Notes under the pieces: generated by a model | The model's input: only the letters and a program-made list of their open reading frames with translations | What the model was told of the DNA's origin: nothing | The model's database searches: none | Translations under genes and position numbers: made by a program | Assembly: GCA_018302545.1 (NCBI GenBank) | Contig: JAGVZM010000002.1 | Span: forward strand, 2,198-66,197 | Direction: 5' to 3' | DNA length: 64,000 nt | Source of the DNA: Candidatus Woesearchaeota archaeon | GTDB lineage: Archaea; Nanobdellota; Nanobdellia; SCGC-AAA011-G17; GW2011-AR18 | Shown: positions 27,740-37,861 of the stretch, one piece after another | Position numbering within the stretch: the stretch's first letter is position 1 | Layout of the letters: each line of letters starts with the position of its first letter

Positions 27740-29602
27740 TTAACCTTTAAGTAATTTTTGAGCTTCCTTTAAGGATTTATCTAAATCATCTTCCCCTTTA
27801 ACTCTAGGGCTAGGGCCTAAGGGTCTTAAAGGCCTTGTGGGAGTAAAAGGCTTTGTAGCAGGTTTAACAGGTTGTATAGTTGGTCTTTGAACAGGTTTAA
27901 ATTCTGCTTGTCTCCTAAAGTTTTCAAAATTGGGCCTATCAGATTTTTTCTTAAACAAACTTCCTAAATCTACTTTACCAGTTTTAACATATTTAAAGTA
28001 AAAGAAAGCTCCTCCTCCCCCTAAGATTACCAAGATAATTAACAACCATAACCACCATAAACTACTAGGCTCATCTTCAATAGGAGGTAATGTGGTGTCA
28101 TCTTCATCATCATCCTTAGGAACCTTAAATGGTTCCTCCTCTTTATCATCATCAGAATCTAAACAAGCAACTCTACATCTGCCGCCACAATCAACACCTT
28201 CCTCATCACCATCTTGTCTTCCATTATCGCAAACACATAAAGGATCCTCAACACATGCAGAATCACCACAATCAGTTAAACCATCTCTATCATTATCAAT
28301 ATCATCTCCACAAACCTCAACATCTAAACTAACTCCATCTGAAGGAGTACTGGGTAAAGAAACCCTAGATAATTCAGCACCATGTAAAGCAATTAAAGCC
28401 CAGGAAGTACTCTCTATACTATTCCCCCAATGACCTTCATCTTTATCAACCCTTTTTTGTAAAAAATCAATGCCTTTAGAGACTGCTTCACCTGCTCCTC
28501 CCAAATCAGTTCCAAGTAAACCAAAAATAGAAACACTTGTATCTTTAATACTTCCTCCCCAACTACCATCAACAGCTCTTTGTAATTTAACTAGATCATT
28601 GATAAAAGAAGGCAATACATTAGAAGCTTTAAATCTAATCCTATTCAAAAAACCCAATTTATCTGCTTGATTTCTTTTAGTTAGAGATTGACTCTCTAAA
28701 TAAATGTGTGTTCCTAAATTATCTAAACTTAACTCACTATTACTTCTAACAGAACCAACTTCAAGTAATGCCCAAGTAGCATATAATGTACTTTCATAAT
28801 CACATCTAGAATCTGTTTTAGTTCTACCAAAACAAGCATTAGCAATTTTTAGATTCGTATTAAAACCCGCATCACTCCTTTGAATAAAAAAAGTACTTGC
28901 ACTTGGTTTAAAAACTAAAGTAATAACTGGATCTCCTAAATCTTGATTACAAGATATTCCAATATTTGGCTGAACTTCTGTTCTAACTAAATTTCTACTA
29001 AGTTCATTTAGACTTATATAATACCCGCTTCTTCCACCTGTTGATTTTATTTTATCTCCCTCAATAGTATATGTTTTGGTCCTTGTACCTCCGTAATTAA
29101 CTTCACAAGTACCATTATTCCCTTTAACAACAATCCACCAATCTCCAGTTGGGGGCATAGCAACCCTAGAACTCCTTAACCAGTTTACTTCTTCACTAAC
29201 ATTCCTTCCAGCCAAAGCTAAAGTCAAAGTAGCTAAAGAAGTATCCTTAACATTACAATTACCTGCAGGCCAACAACCATCAGAATCCCTATTGCTTTCA
29301 ATTCTTTCAATCATACCTTGTACATTAATATCACCTTTTTGCATCAAAGCTATAGTTGATAAAGACATTTCATCCACACTTAAAGATGAAGTATTACTAA
29401 CTTTATCATAGAGCCATTTGTAAGATTTATCTTGACTAAATCCTGAAGATTGAACTCTAAACCTAGAACCAGTACTAGAATCTTGATCTGAACTAGAATC
29501 TTCTTCATCAGAAGAAGTATGGTTTTCTGCATAAGCAAAAGACAGACACATTAAAAAAACCAGAATAATGACTAAAGACTTAAAAAACACACCTCTTTCC
29601 AT
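27740..29602 (-). CDS. Large surface protein with prenyltransferase/squalene-oxidase-like repeats and MopE-like Cys/Asp-rich metal-binding module
   Basis: Signal peptide. Repeats of the DGSWGGSIKDTSVSIFGL / EGHWGNSIESTSWALIAL type. C-terminal CGDDIDNDRDGLTDCGDSAC...CGGRC cluster, then a TM helix and a Pro-rich cytoplasmic tail. Confidence 0.45.
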   Translation of the reverse strand: MERGVFFKSLVIILVFLMCLSFAYAENHTSSDEEDSSSDQDSSTGSRFRVQSSGFSQDKSYKWLYDKVSNTSSLSVDEMSLSTIALMQKGDINVQGMIERIESNRDSDGCWPAGNCNVKDTSLATLTLALAGRNVSEEVNWLRSSRVAMPPTGDWWIVVKGNNGTCEVNYGGTRTKTYTIEGDKIKSTGGRSGYYISLNELSRNLVRTEVQPNIGISCNQDLGDPVITLVFKPSASTFFIQRSDAGFNTNLKIANACFGRTKTDSRCDYESTLYATWALLEVGSVRSNSELSLDNLGTHIYLESQSLTKRNQADKLGFLNRIRFKASNVLPSFINDLVKLQRAVDGSWGGSIKDTSVSIFGLLGTDLGGAGEAVSKGIDFLQKRVDKDEGHWGNSIESTSWALIALHGAELSRVSLPSTPSDGVSLDVEVCGDDIDNDRDGLTDCGDSACVEDPLCVCDNGRQDGDEEGVDCGGRCRVACLDSDDDKEEEPFKVPKDDDEDDTTLPPIEDEPSSLWWLWLLIILVILGGGGAFFYFKYVKTGKVDLGSLFKKKSDRPNFENFRRQAEFKPVQRPTIQPVKPATKPFTPTRPLRPLGPSPRVKGEDDLDKSLKEAQKLLKG

Positions 29603-29652
29603 CTTTCATATTCAGCGTAATATATTTATAAAAGTTTCTATAAAGATAAATA

Positions 29653-30156
29653 ATGATGCCTAAAAAATTTATTAAATATAATCCCGAATTATTTGCAAAA
29701 GGAAAGAGAGGTTTGATTTATGTATTTAAAAAAGATAATAAAAAGATAGCAATAAAAATAAAAAATCCAAAATCAGAGGCAAAAGATAGAATTCAAAATG
29801 AAGCAAAGTTTTTAAAAATTTTAAATAAATATAAAATAGGTCCAAAGATAATGACATCTGGTAAAGACTATTTTTGTTATGAGTTTATAGAAGGAAAATT
29901 ATTAAGAGATTATTTAAAAGAAAATAAAAATCCAGAAAAAGTATTAAAACAAATTATGCAACAATGTAAAATTTTAGATAAATTAAAGATAAACAAAAAA
30001 GAGATGCATAAACCTATAAAGAATATAATAATCAAAAAAGATAAAGTAATATTATTAGATTTTGAAAGATGTTATTATGCAAAAAAACCACACAATGTAA
30101 ATCAATTTAAAGAATTTCTAAGAAGATTTAACGAGCATAAGAAGTTTTCCCAGTAG
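29653..30156 (+). CDS. Small protein-kinase-like (Bud32/RIO-like fold) protein, possibly catalytically degenerate
   Basis: Gly-rich loop AKGKRGLIY. Lys-containing IAIKIK. HKPIKN in place of HxD...N. LLDFE (DFG-like). Confidence 0.3.
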   Translation: MMPKKFIKYNPELFAKGKRGLIYVFKKDNKKIAIKIKNPKSEAKDRIQNEAKFLKILNKYKIGPKIMTSGKDYFCYEFIEGKLLRDYLKENKNPEKVLKQIMQQCKILDKLKINKKEMHKPIKNIIIKKDKVILLDFERCYYAKKPHNVNQFKEFLRRFNEHKKFSQ

Positions 30157-30979
30157 AACTACTTCTTCTAGGAGGAACGCTACTTGCTCTTCTAAGGGGT
30201 TTTAGAGCAGCCCTCAAATCTCTTTGATAAGCCTCACTAGGAACATAACCAGGAACTACAGGCTCTATAATTCCATATTTTCCAGCTAACATTCTACTAA
30301 GCTCATCTCTTGAAAAGATTCCTAATCTATCATCTGGATCTTGATCACTAAAGCCTTTAATAATTTGTTCTGGATTGTATATCCCTGTTCTTTCAATTAA
30401 ACTAAGTAAAGACAAAATAGACCCTCCCCATTCTGGGTTTCTATTATCATTAACTCTAGGATTTTCTATTAAACCTAAATTCCTTTTAATCATAACCAAA
30501 GGATCTTCAACTGTAAATTCAATTCCAAATAATCCATTAGTTTGAGTTCTAGAATAACGATCTTCATAACTTGCATAAGTATCAAAATGATAACTACCTC
30601 TTGAAGGGTCTTCCTCTATCAAAAAATTTGAGGAAGAAGCTATACCTATAGTTTCCTCCCTTTTAGCAGCAAGACCATAAGAACGATGTAATTGAATTAA
30701 GGAATCTGAAGAACCTAATAAAACAACATGATCATTACCTTTCCAATGAGTTAAAACCTCAGTTCCAAATTTATCAACTAAATGCATCAAAGCACCATAA
30801 GCACCAACAAAAGTAAGATTTGATAAAAGTCCAGAACGAATATAAGCATTCAAATCTAAAGCAGATAAAAAAGTTCTTCTTGGAGCAGAATTATCCAAAG
30901 CATCTTGTAAAGCTAAAAATTCTTCAAGTGTTTTTTCACCACTCTTAAAAACAGCTTCTTCTAAATGCCCCAAAACCAT
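30128..30979 (-). CDS. Hypothetical protein in GC-richer island, adjacent to Fic gene
   Basis: 283-aa ORF, visibly more GC-rich than its surroundings. Ser/Arg/Pro-rich C-terminal tail. No recognisable domain. Confidence 0.4.
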   Translation of the reverse strand: MVLGHLEEAVFKSGEKTLEEFLALQDALDNSAPRRTFLSALDLNAYIRSGLLSNLTFVGAYGALMHLVDKFGTEVLTHWKGNDHVVLLGSSDSLIQLHRSYGLAAKREETIGIASSSNFLIEEDPSRGSYHFDTYASYEDRYSRTQTNGLFGIEFTVEDPLVMIKRNLGLIENPRVNDNRNPEWGGSILSLLSLIERTGIYNPEQIIKGFSDQDPDDRLGIFSRDELSRMLAGKYGIIEPVVPGYVPSEAYQRDLRAALKPLRRASSVPPRRSSSTGKTSYAR

Positions 30980-31046
30980 TCAAAAATAAAAAAATTAATC
31001 ATTTATAAATTTTTATATTGACAAAAAAATAGATCCAAAAGAAGAA

Positions 31047-32024
31047 TTATTCAGATTTAGAATGAACACTAGTTTTAAAACCATAATCAAGTGCACATTT
31101 AGTAACAATCCCATTAACTTGTTTATAACCTATATCTCCTGTGACATCCAATACTTTATCCTTTCTACCAGAACATTCAATATCTAAAATTCTAACTTTT
31201 ACTCCCTGTCCTCCAATATGATGGCCATAACTTCTAATCCTTTGTGCAGTAGAAATAACAATTGCCCTATCAGGAACATCTACTAAAGTAACAACATATT
31301 TCCTCTGAGCCCTTAGATCCTCTTCTAATCTCCTAGCAGAACCCAAAACCTTTGTAGCTACAAATGTTCTAAACAAATTTTCACCATCACTTGGTTTTTC
31401 AAAAGAACTAGTTTTTGCATATCGATCTTTTAAAGCAATATTCAACAGAGCTATGTAATGTTCTCTATCAGAGGGAACTATAATTCCTGGAGTGTATCCT
31501 GATTTTTTCAAGCAATAACCTTGTACTAATCTAGCAGATCTACCATTACCATCTACAAAAGGATGAACTTGAACAATTTCTAAATGTGCTTCTATCGCTT
31601 TTAAAACAGGATGAGCTTGACTGTGTTCCATCAATTCTACTAAACTTTTCATTCTGCCAGCAATTTGATCATAATCATGTGGAGGATTAAAACTCCCAAA
31701 TTGAACTTCAGTAATTCTAAAATTTCTTGTTTTATTTTTATCTGGTTCTATTAAATAACCTAAAGCAGCTAAAGTCCCTAAACTTAAACCATACATATCT
31801 AAATGACTTGAAGCAGAATCTAAATTTTGGAGGGCTACTCTCTCCCTCTTTCTCAAAGCAGATTTTTTTAGATTTTCTTCCTCTAACTCTAAGGACAATG
31901 AATGTTTGGCTGCCTCAGCAAGCAAAGTGTTAAACTCTCTAGTTCTTAATGAACTAGAATATTCTGGATGAACATTAATTCTCTCTACTACTTCATCTAT
32001 TTTAGCAAGTAACTTTTTCATCAT
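31047..32024 (-). CDS. Fic/Doc-family protein (putative AMPylase)
   Basis: Canonical Fic motif HPFVDGNGRSARL. About 100-aa extra C-terminal domain. Confidence 0.8.
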   Translation of the reverse strand: MMKKLLAKIDEVVERINVHPEYSSSLRTREFNTLLAEAAKHSLSLELEEENLKKSALRKRERVALQNLDSASSHLDMYGLSLGTLAALGYLIEPDKNKTRNFRITEVQFGSFNPPHDYDQIAGRMKSLVELMEHSQAHPVLKAIEAHLEIVQVHPFVDGNGRSARLVQGYCLKKSGYTPGIIVPSDREHYIALLNIALKDRYAKTSSFEKPSDGENLFRTFVATKVLGSARRLEEDLRAQRKYVVTLVDVPDRAIVISTAQRIRSYGHHIGGQGVKVRILDIECSGRKDKVLDVTGDIGYKQVNGIVTKCALDYGFKTSVHSKSE

Positions 32025-32089
32025 TCAGAAAAAATAATAGTCAATTTATAAATCTTTCTATTAGATTACCACCATTAAATAGTAAAAAA

Positions 32090-33397
32090 TTAATGACGGT
32101 TTGATTTCTTCTTAACATTACTAGAAGCCATTTTAAGCATTTTTAAAGCATAATTAACAGGATTCTTGCATTTACTACAAATACCGTCATCACATTTAAT
32201 GCTCATAGTTTTATAATAACTAGGGTTATCACAATTAGGAGGCAAAACCAATTTCTTCTGCCTTTTAAACCAACTTATCTGAGCCTTAACATAACCTTCT
32301 CTTAAAGGTTCAGCATTTCTTTTATTCCACTCAAGCATAAACTTCTCTATATCTTCTAGATTCCAACCAACATTTTGTAAAAAGTTAACTAAAATAAAAA
32401 TGCCTCTCTTCCTTCCATCTTCCTCTACGCCTTGCATTAATTTTAAAATACAAGGAGGAAAATAATCAACCTTTATTGGAACCTTAGGAGCCTCAAACTT
32501 TCTAGTAATTGTTATTTGTTTCTCTTCAATATAATTAGTTTTTCTAGCCCAATCAAAAGCTTGTATCAACAAATTTTTAGCTTCATCCTTTTCAACATTC
32601 TCTGAATCTAAAAATTTCAATCCAAATTTGACATTATCTATCTTTGCCTGTCTAATGTCAAAATCCTTAATAGTCTTCAAAGGTATACTAACTAACCCAG
32701 ATTTTTCATTTATACTATAAGCACATCTAAACAAATGTCTACTAGATATTAAAACACTATCGATATCTACTAACTTAAAAGGATCCAATTTATTCTCTTT
32801 AATAACATCTTCAACTTTTTTTCCAACACTCTTAGCAGCATCTTCTACTGTATGAGTCTCTAAAATCTTAGCACTTAAATGTTCTTTAATCATATTCTTA
32901 AGATATTCAGAAATAACTCTCACACCATCAGGAAAATAATCTTTTATATTAACATTATTAACATTAGAAGGGAAAGCTTCAAAAGGAATACCAATATGGA
33001 ATCCACGATTACCTGAATATTTTATAGAAAAATTCTTAACATCATTAAACCTTAAAGCATCTTCTAAAAATTCAGCGCACATAATACTAAAGTTTAAATT
33101 TTTACTATCCAAATCCAAGATACAACTCCAACCAATCCTTAAGTTATCTAATTCTTTCTTACTCAAACCACTTTCAAGCATCATAGGATCTTTCCAAATT
33201 TCCTCACTAACATGAAAAGAAGTCATACCTTGTTTAACTAAATCATTAATATCTCCCTGAAAATTAACAATCTCTGGTCTTTTTCCCCTAATATCTCCAA
33301 ACCAAGCCTGAACCTCTCTATTTTGAGATAGTCTCATCAATTCTTTTTGAACTTCGTTTTGAGAATAATACTCTTTTATTTTTTTAAGATCAGACAT
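32090..33397 (-). CDS. priS: DNA primase catalytic subunit PriS with Cys-rich C-terminal extension (possibly fused PriL-CTD-like module)
   Basis: ILDLDS (DxD metal-binding) and YSGNRGFHIGIPFEAFP (SGxRGxH) primase motifs. C-terminal approximately 100 aa carry Cys in PPCILK, PNCDNP and KCDDGICSKCKNP. Confidence 0.65.
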   Translation of the reverse strand: MSDLKKIKEYYSQNEVQKELMRLSQNREVQAWFGDIRGKRPEIVNFQGDINDLVKQGMTSFHVSEEIWKDPMMLESGLSKKELDNLRIGWSCILDLDSKNLNFSIMCAEFLEDALRFNDVKNFSIKYSGNRGFHIGIPFEAFPSNVNNVNIKDYFPDGVRVISEYLKNMIKEHLSAKILETHTVEDAAKSVGKKVEDVIKENKLDPFKLVDIDSVLISSRHLFRCAYSINEKSGLVSIPLKTIKDFDIRQAKIDNVKFGLKFLDSENVEKDEAKNLLIQAFDWARKTNYIEEKQITITRKFEAPKVPIKVDYFPPCILKLMQGVEEDGRKRGIFILVNFLQNVGWNLEDIEKFMLEWNKRNAEPLREGYVKAQISWFKRQKKLVLPPNCDNPSYYKTMSIKCDDGICSKCKNPVNYALKMLKMASSNVKKKSNRH

Positions 33398-33465
33398 AAA
33401 ATAAATAGATTTACAATATTTATAAAAACTTCCAAGAAAAAGATATGATATCTACAAAATATATT

Positions 33466-34005
33466 TCATCTTCTATTATAAATACTAACCCCTGCATTAG
33501 TCAATCTAAATTTAACAAAATATTTTCTTAAATCTAAATTTCTAACTACGCATTCAAAGACTCCTAAAGCCCCTTGATGACTAACAATTAAAATAGTTCC
33601 AGAATTATGTTTCTGTAATATGTAACTATAAAATTTCTTAATCCTCTTTTGGACGTCCAACCAATTCTCACCACTAAAAGATTTCTGATGAAATTTATCT
33701 CCTTTCAAATCAGCATGTTCATATTCTTCCTTGCTTTTACCTTCAAAGATACCATATCTTTTTTCTCTTAATAACCTGTTCTTAATAATCTTAACATTAT
33801 GATATTTAGCGATAATTTTAGCAGTATCAAGACATCTTTTCAAATCACTTGTATAAATAATCTCAATTTTATTATTTTTTAAAGATTTAGCAGTCTTCTC
33901 AACTTGATCCTTTCCTTTCTGAGTTAAATGCCCAGGTAACCAACCTTGAATTATATGTTTTCTATTTTCTCTAGTTTGACCATGCCTGACAAAAATTAAT
34001 TTCAT
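33466..34005 (-). CDS. Histidine phosphatase family protein (phosphoglycerate-mutase-like)
   Basis: N-terminal LIFVRHGQTRENR (catalytic RHG motif). Confidence 0.75.
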   Translation of the reverse strand: MKLIFVRHGQTRENRKHIIQGWLPGHLTQKGKDQVEKTAKSLKNNKIEIIYTSDLKRCLDTAKIIAKYHNVKIIKNRLLREKRYGIFEGKSKEEYEHADLKGDKFHQKSFSGENWLDVQKRIKKFYSYILQKHNSGTILIVSHQGALGVFECVVRNLDLRKYFVKFRLTNAGVSIYNRR

Positions 34006-34036
34006 AATAATAAAAAGAAGAGGATTACTTATAAAT

Positions 34037-34441
34037 CTAATTCATACCTTGTATTTCTTTTTGTAATTGCATTAATTTATTTCTAGTATTATTAATCTCA
34101 GTTTTTAATTGAATCATAAAATCACTAACTTCTTGCATTTGGATATTGACTGTCTGTTTAGCTTCATGCAAACTCTTTTCAACACAAAGATTACTACCAA
34201 CATTCATTACAACACTTTGATTATCATTTAAAGAACCTTTCAAAAAAATCCCATTACCTAAGGGAATTAAAGATTCAGTATCTTTTTTAGTATTAGAAAT
34301 AACATCTAAATTCTCATTTAATTTCATAAGATCATTTATGTGTTTTTCTATGTTTTCAGAATTTTGCTCTAATTGTTGTAATTGCTGCATTAACATCTGA
34401 AATTCCATATACTTATGTTGCATTTGATTATTTTCAGACAT
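34037..34441 (-). CDS. pfdA: Prefoldin subunit alpha-like
   Basis: 134 aa. Coiled coil, then two beta-hairpins (SLIPLGNGIFLKGSL...VVMNVGSNLCVEKS), then coiled coil. Confidence 0.55.
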   Translation of the reverse strand: MSENNQMQHKYMEFQMLMQQLQQLEQNSENIEKHINDLMKLNENLDVISNTKKDTESLIPLGNGIFLKGSLNDNQSVVMNVGSNLCVEKSLHEAKQTVNIQMQEVSDFMIQLKTEINNTRNKLMQLQKEIQGMN

Positions 34442-34836
34442 TATTCTTTTTTAGAAGAAGTTTTCTTCTTAACTACTTTTTTAATTTTAGACTCTTTTTT
34501 ATTGTCAAGTTTAGATTCCTCAGGCTTATCCAAATGTTTTTGTAAAGATTTTCTAATCTTAACAGGCTTTTGTTTTTTATCTCTAGCCTCTCCTTCCTTA
34601 GGTTCTTTAAAATCGAAACCTGCTTCTTTCAAAGCTTTTCTAACTTCTTCTGTTTTGGCTCCTTTTTTAATCTTAGCTTGGCTACCTAAAAATTCCAAAT
34701 GAATTAAATTACATTTTTTTCTTCTTGTTAATCCATCCACTAAAACAAATTTATCATCAACAACATCAACAACTGCGCACAATTGCCCAGCATCTCTTCC
34801 AGCAATCTTCAAAGCAATTTCCCCAACTTTAACCAT
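34441..34836 (-). CDS. rpl14e: 50S ribosomal protein L14e (eL14) with Lys-rich C-terminal tail
   Basis: VKVGEIALKIAGRDAGQLCAVVDVVDDKFVLVDG...CNLIHLE KOW-type eL14 signature. Confidence 0.8.
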   Translation of the reverse strand: MVKVGEIALKIAGRDAGQLCAVVDVVDDKFVLVDGLTRRKKCNLIHLEFLGSQAKIKKGAKTEEVRKALKEAGFDFKEPKEGEARDKKQKPVKIRKSLQKHLDKPEESKLDNKKESKIKKVVKKKTSSKKE

Positions 34837-35113
34837 CTTGTTTCACCATGCCTTTTGCTTTTTGAACCATAACCTTCCTCATGCAACCACTACAAAGAAC
34901 CCCTCCATAAGGTCTCTCTGGTCTTTTTTGAGTCTTACTTAATTTTTTAATTTGAGCAACTATTCCTCTAGCAACCCCAATTAAATATTTGCCACAATCT
35001 CTACATTGAGGTTTACCTGGTTTTCTTCTCTCATAATGAATGACATTATCCCCAGTAGGAGTTCTTCTATGAACTCTTCTCAAACTTCTTGATCTAAATC
35101 TTGGTTGTACCAT
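34829..35113 (-). CDS. rpl34e: 50S ribosomal protein L34e (eL34)
   Basis: MVQPRFRSRSLRRVHRRTPTGDNVIHYERRKPGKPQCRDCGKYL...CSGC eL34 zinc-ribbon signature. The ORF track starts 2 codons upstream, at 35119. Confidence 0.85.
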   Translation of the reverse strand: MVQPRFRSRSLRRVHRRTPTGDNVIHYERRKPGKPQCRDCGKYLIGVARGIVAQIKKLSKTQKRPERPYGGVLCSGCMRKVMVQKAKGMVKQDG

Positions 35114-35115
35114 TT

Positions 35116-35571
35116 TCAATGCACCTTCAAAATCTTTCTTAATATTAAACTAAATATAAGGGAAAAGACAATATAATTACCTATTCCCCCCATACCTAAA
35201 AAGACAGTACCAAAAGGTTCATAAATGTTTCTTATCCAAGTAAATATCAATATAAAAGGAATAAGAGTAACTAACATAGGTTTTAAGCTCTGTTTAAATT
35301 GTTGAATTATTAAATCCATTTGCTCTGCTTGTACTTTCTTATTAACTTCCATCATTTTCTTAGGATCATTCTTATGCTTCTTAATTTCATTCTGCATTTC
35401 TTTAGACCTTTCCTTAAAAGATTTCATCAGTTCTTGATCTGTCAAATATTTAAAAGCCAATAAAGAAACTAAAGATAAAATAAAAGAGATTACAATTATC
35501 CCAAATAATGGGCTTATATTTATAGCCCAACCAAACAAAAATCCTAAAATCTGATCTACAAAACTAACCAT
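35116..35571 (-). CDS. DUF106-family membrane protein (archaeal YidC/Oxa1-like insertase homolog)
   Basis: 151 aa, three TM helices with a coiled-coil cytoplasmic loop. Conserved synteny position between secY and rpl34e. Confidence 0.55.
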   Translation of the reverse strand: MVSFVDQILGFLFGWAINISPLFGIIVISFILSLVSLLAFKYLTDQELMKSFKERSKEMQNEIKKHKNDPKKMMEVNKKVQAEQMDLIIQQFKQSLKPMLVTLIPFILIFTWIRNIYEPFGTVFLGMGGIGNYIVFSLIFSLILRKILKVH

Positions 35572-35572
35572 T

Positions 35573-36946
35573 TTAACTATCCCCCCCCATCATCTTTCTC
35601 AAAGAAGGATGCATATCCATCATATGTTGTTTAGCTATATCCTCATATAATTTATATATAATCATAACAGCTAATAAGATACCTGTACCTCTTGACAAAG
35701 CTCCAAGCAAATCTGCTCCTGCAGCAATCAAACCAATAGATAAACCACCCATAACAGTCAAAGGAAAAATATATCTCTCTAGTATTCTCTCTAAAATTCT
35801 TTGATCAGTCCTAAATCCAGCTACATGCAATCCAGCAGCCCTAATCTGTTTAGCTTGACTTTGTGCATTCATACCTGCACTTTGCACCCAAAAAATAGAG
35901 AACACAACAGAACCCAAAGCTAAAACAACCATATAAACCATTGCCTTGAAAACATCACTTGCCACTAAACTTCCGGAGATAGCATTAAGTACTATAGGAC
36001 TACCACTAACCCAAGATGCAATTGAAGTAGCAGTAGCAGAACTAACTATTTCCCTTGTTTGTAAAAAAGTAACTGCTAGTTGTATATTAGCCAACAAAGC
36101 AGCTATTAATATAACTGGAATATTACTTGTGTATAAAAAATTCAGAGGCCATCTAACCCCATACCCTCTCACTCTTCCAAAACTTAAAGGAATTTCTACT
36201 TTCATAGCTTGTCCATAGACACTTATAACAAATACAATAATAGTCGCAATTATTGCAAAAGCAGCTGTAAAAGCCTCACTAGTAGAACCATTAATCAAAC
36301 TTAAAATAAAAACAAAGAATGCGCCAATAGGAGCACCATCAGAACCAACTCCAAAAGCAAAAGTGCCACTACTAGTCAAAGGACTAAAAGCCCTAATAAA
36401 GATCTCAGCAGCAACACCTGAAGCTATAAACAGACTAACACCTGAACCAAAACCCCATTTGTTAGTAACTTCATCCATATAAAATATTAAAATACCTCCA
36501 ATAATCAACTGAGTTATTAAAATATATTCCATACCAGGTTGTGCTCTTAAACCATTTAACATAACATAGACAATTGCTTCAAAAATAATAAAAAACCAAG
36601 TAGTTAATTTTTGTAAACTCTGAAAAAAAGTCCTACCATCATGTGTAGTTGTATCTATCTTTAAGATACCAGAACCAACAAGTAACTGTAAAACAATAGA
36701 TCCGGTAACAATAGGACCTATTCCTAAACTTAAAATAGAACCAAAGCTAGCACCAAGGATAATAGATAATTCTCTAAATTGTGAAAGTGCATTACTTTCT
36801 AAACCATATAAAGGAATCACTCCTAAAATAAAAAAAGAAACTAAAATCATTAAAGTCCATTTTAACTTAACTTTAAAATCCAACTTTTTCTCTGGTTTTC
36901 TTACCTCTGGTATAAAAGAAACTACCTTAGTTACTAGATCCTTCAT
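35573..36946 (-). CDS. secY: Preprotein translocase subunit SecY
   Basis: 457 aa, 10 TM helices. Terminal gene of the r-protein superoperon. SecY-like plug and TM2 region. Confidence 0.9.
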   Translation of the reverse strand: MKDLVTKVVSFIPEVRKPEKKLDFKVKLKWTLMILVSFFILGVIPLYGLESNALSQFRELSIILGASFGSILSLGIGPIVTGSIVLQLLVGSGILKIDTTTHDGRTFFQSLQKLTTWFFIIFEAIVYVMLNGLRAQPGMEYILITQLIIGGILIFYMDEVTNKWGFGSGVSLFIASGVAAEIFIRAFSPLTSSGTFAFGVGSDGAPIGAFFVFILSLINGSTSEAFTAAFAIIATIIVFVISVYGQAMKVEIPLSFGRVRGYGVRWPLNFLYTSNIPVILIAALLANIQLAVTFLQTREIVSSATATSIASWVSGSPIVLNAISGSLVASDVFKAMVYMVVLALGSVVFSIFWVQSAGMNAQSQAKQIRAAGLHVAGFRTDQRILERILERYIFPLTVMGGLSIGLIAAGADLLGALSRGTGILLAVMIIYKLYEDIAKQHMMDMHPSLRKMMGGDS

Positions 36947-37397
36947 CTTTATTTATGATAACACCACCCTTTTCTTGAATTTTCTTACTTGCACTATTTG
37001 AAATATGCTCAGCATCTAATTTTAATTTAACACTCAATTCTCCTGTTCCTAACAATTTTTGATAACCTAACTTACTCAAATTCACAATATACATATCTTT
37101 CTCTTTGCTAATCAGCTTACTTTCCAAATAAAAGTTTAATTTCTTTTGTAAATCTTTTATATTAATAGCTTTAACTTTTTTAATCATCTTCTGAGGTCTA
37201 TGAAATCCTCTTTTACCAAAATATTCATTACCATATAATTTTAAAATAGTAGGCTTTTTTTGATCAGCCCTCTTTCCAGTTCCAGCCATGCCCTTACCGC
37301 CCCTATTACCTGCACCTCTTCTCTTCTTTTTACTGCCACAACCATGTGTATGACTTCCTCTGTACCTTGAAAGCTTTCCTCTCTTATTTACTGTCAT
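36927..37397 (-). CDS. rpl15: 50S ribosomal protein L15 (uL15)
   Basis: RGSHTHGCGSKKKRRGAGNRGGKGMAGTGKR uL15 signature. Confidence 0.85.
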   Translation of the reverse strand: MTVNKRGKLSRYRGSHTHGCGSKKKRRGAGNRGGKGMAGTGKRADQKKPTILKLYGNEYFGKRGFHRPQKMIKKVKAINIKDLQKKLNFYLESKLISKEKDMYIVNLSKLGYQKLLGTGELSVKLKLDAEHISNSASKKIQEKGGVIINKDEGSSN

Positions 37398-37861
37398 AGC
37401 ATTTTCCTCACAAGATTATTTATTTCTTTACCCCTATATCCTAAAGAACCACCTAAACTAAAAGGTTTTTTTATACCTTCTCTCTCAAAGCCCCCGCGAG
37501 GTGGAGTCAATCTAAAAAAAGGTTTTAAACCTGGAACTTCTTTTAGTTTAACTTTTCCTTCAATAAAATTATTAATAAATTCATCAAATCCTGCTTTAGC
37601 ATTATCTTTTAAATATTTTTCAGTTAGAGGATGGTTGCCTACTATCTTGCCTCTTTTCTCAAATAATAATTTAACAGTCTCTTTATCTGCCTCTCCCCAA
37701 GTAATATAATCCTTAAGTCTCGCCAACATACCTATTCTTTCAGGAGTATTATCAACAAGCACACAACTATTTTTCTTTATTAGTTTAAGAGATTTCAAAG
37801 TATCTTTAAAATTTCTATTAATATTTAAAACTCCTCTAACTTGAACAACAGCTAATTTCAT
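37394..37861 (-). CDS. rpl30: 50S ribosomal protein L30 (uL30)
   Basis: MKLAVVQVRGVLNINRNFKDTLKSLKL matches uL30. Confidence 0.85.
   Translation of the reverse strand: MKLAVVQVRGVLNINRNFKDTLKSLKLIKKNSCVLVDNTPERIGMLARLKDYITWGEADKETVKLLFEKRGKIVGNHPLTEKYLKDNAKAGFDEFINNFIEGKVKLKEVPGLKPFFRLTPPRGGFEREGIKKPFSLGGSLGYRGKEINNLVRKML

Noticed and set aside
28092-28670. Plus-strand ORFs (28092..28433, 28129..28332, 28470..28670) within the 620-aa surface-protein gene
   Set aside because: They are antisense to a long ORF that has a signal peptide, repeats and a TM anchor. His/Ser-rich translations are typical of antisense reading of an acidic gene.
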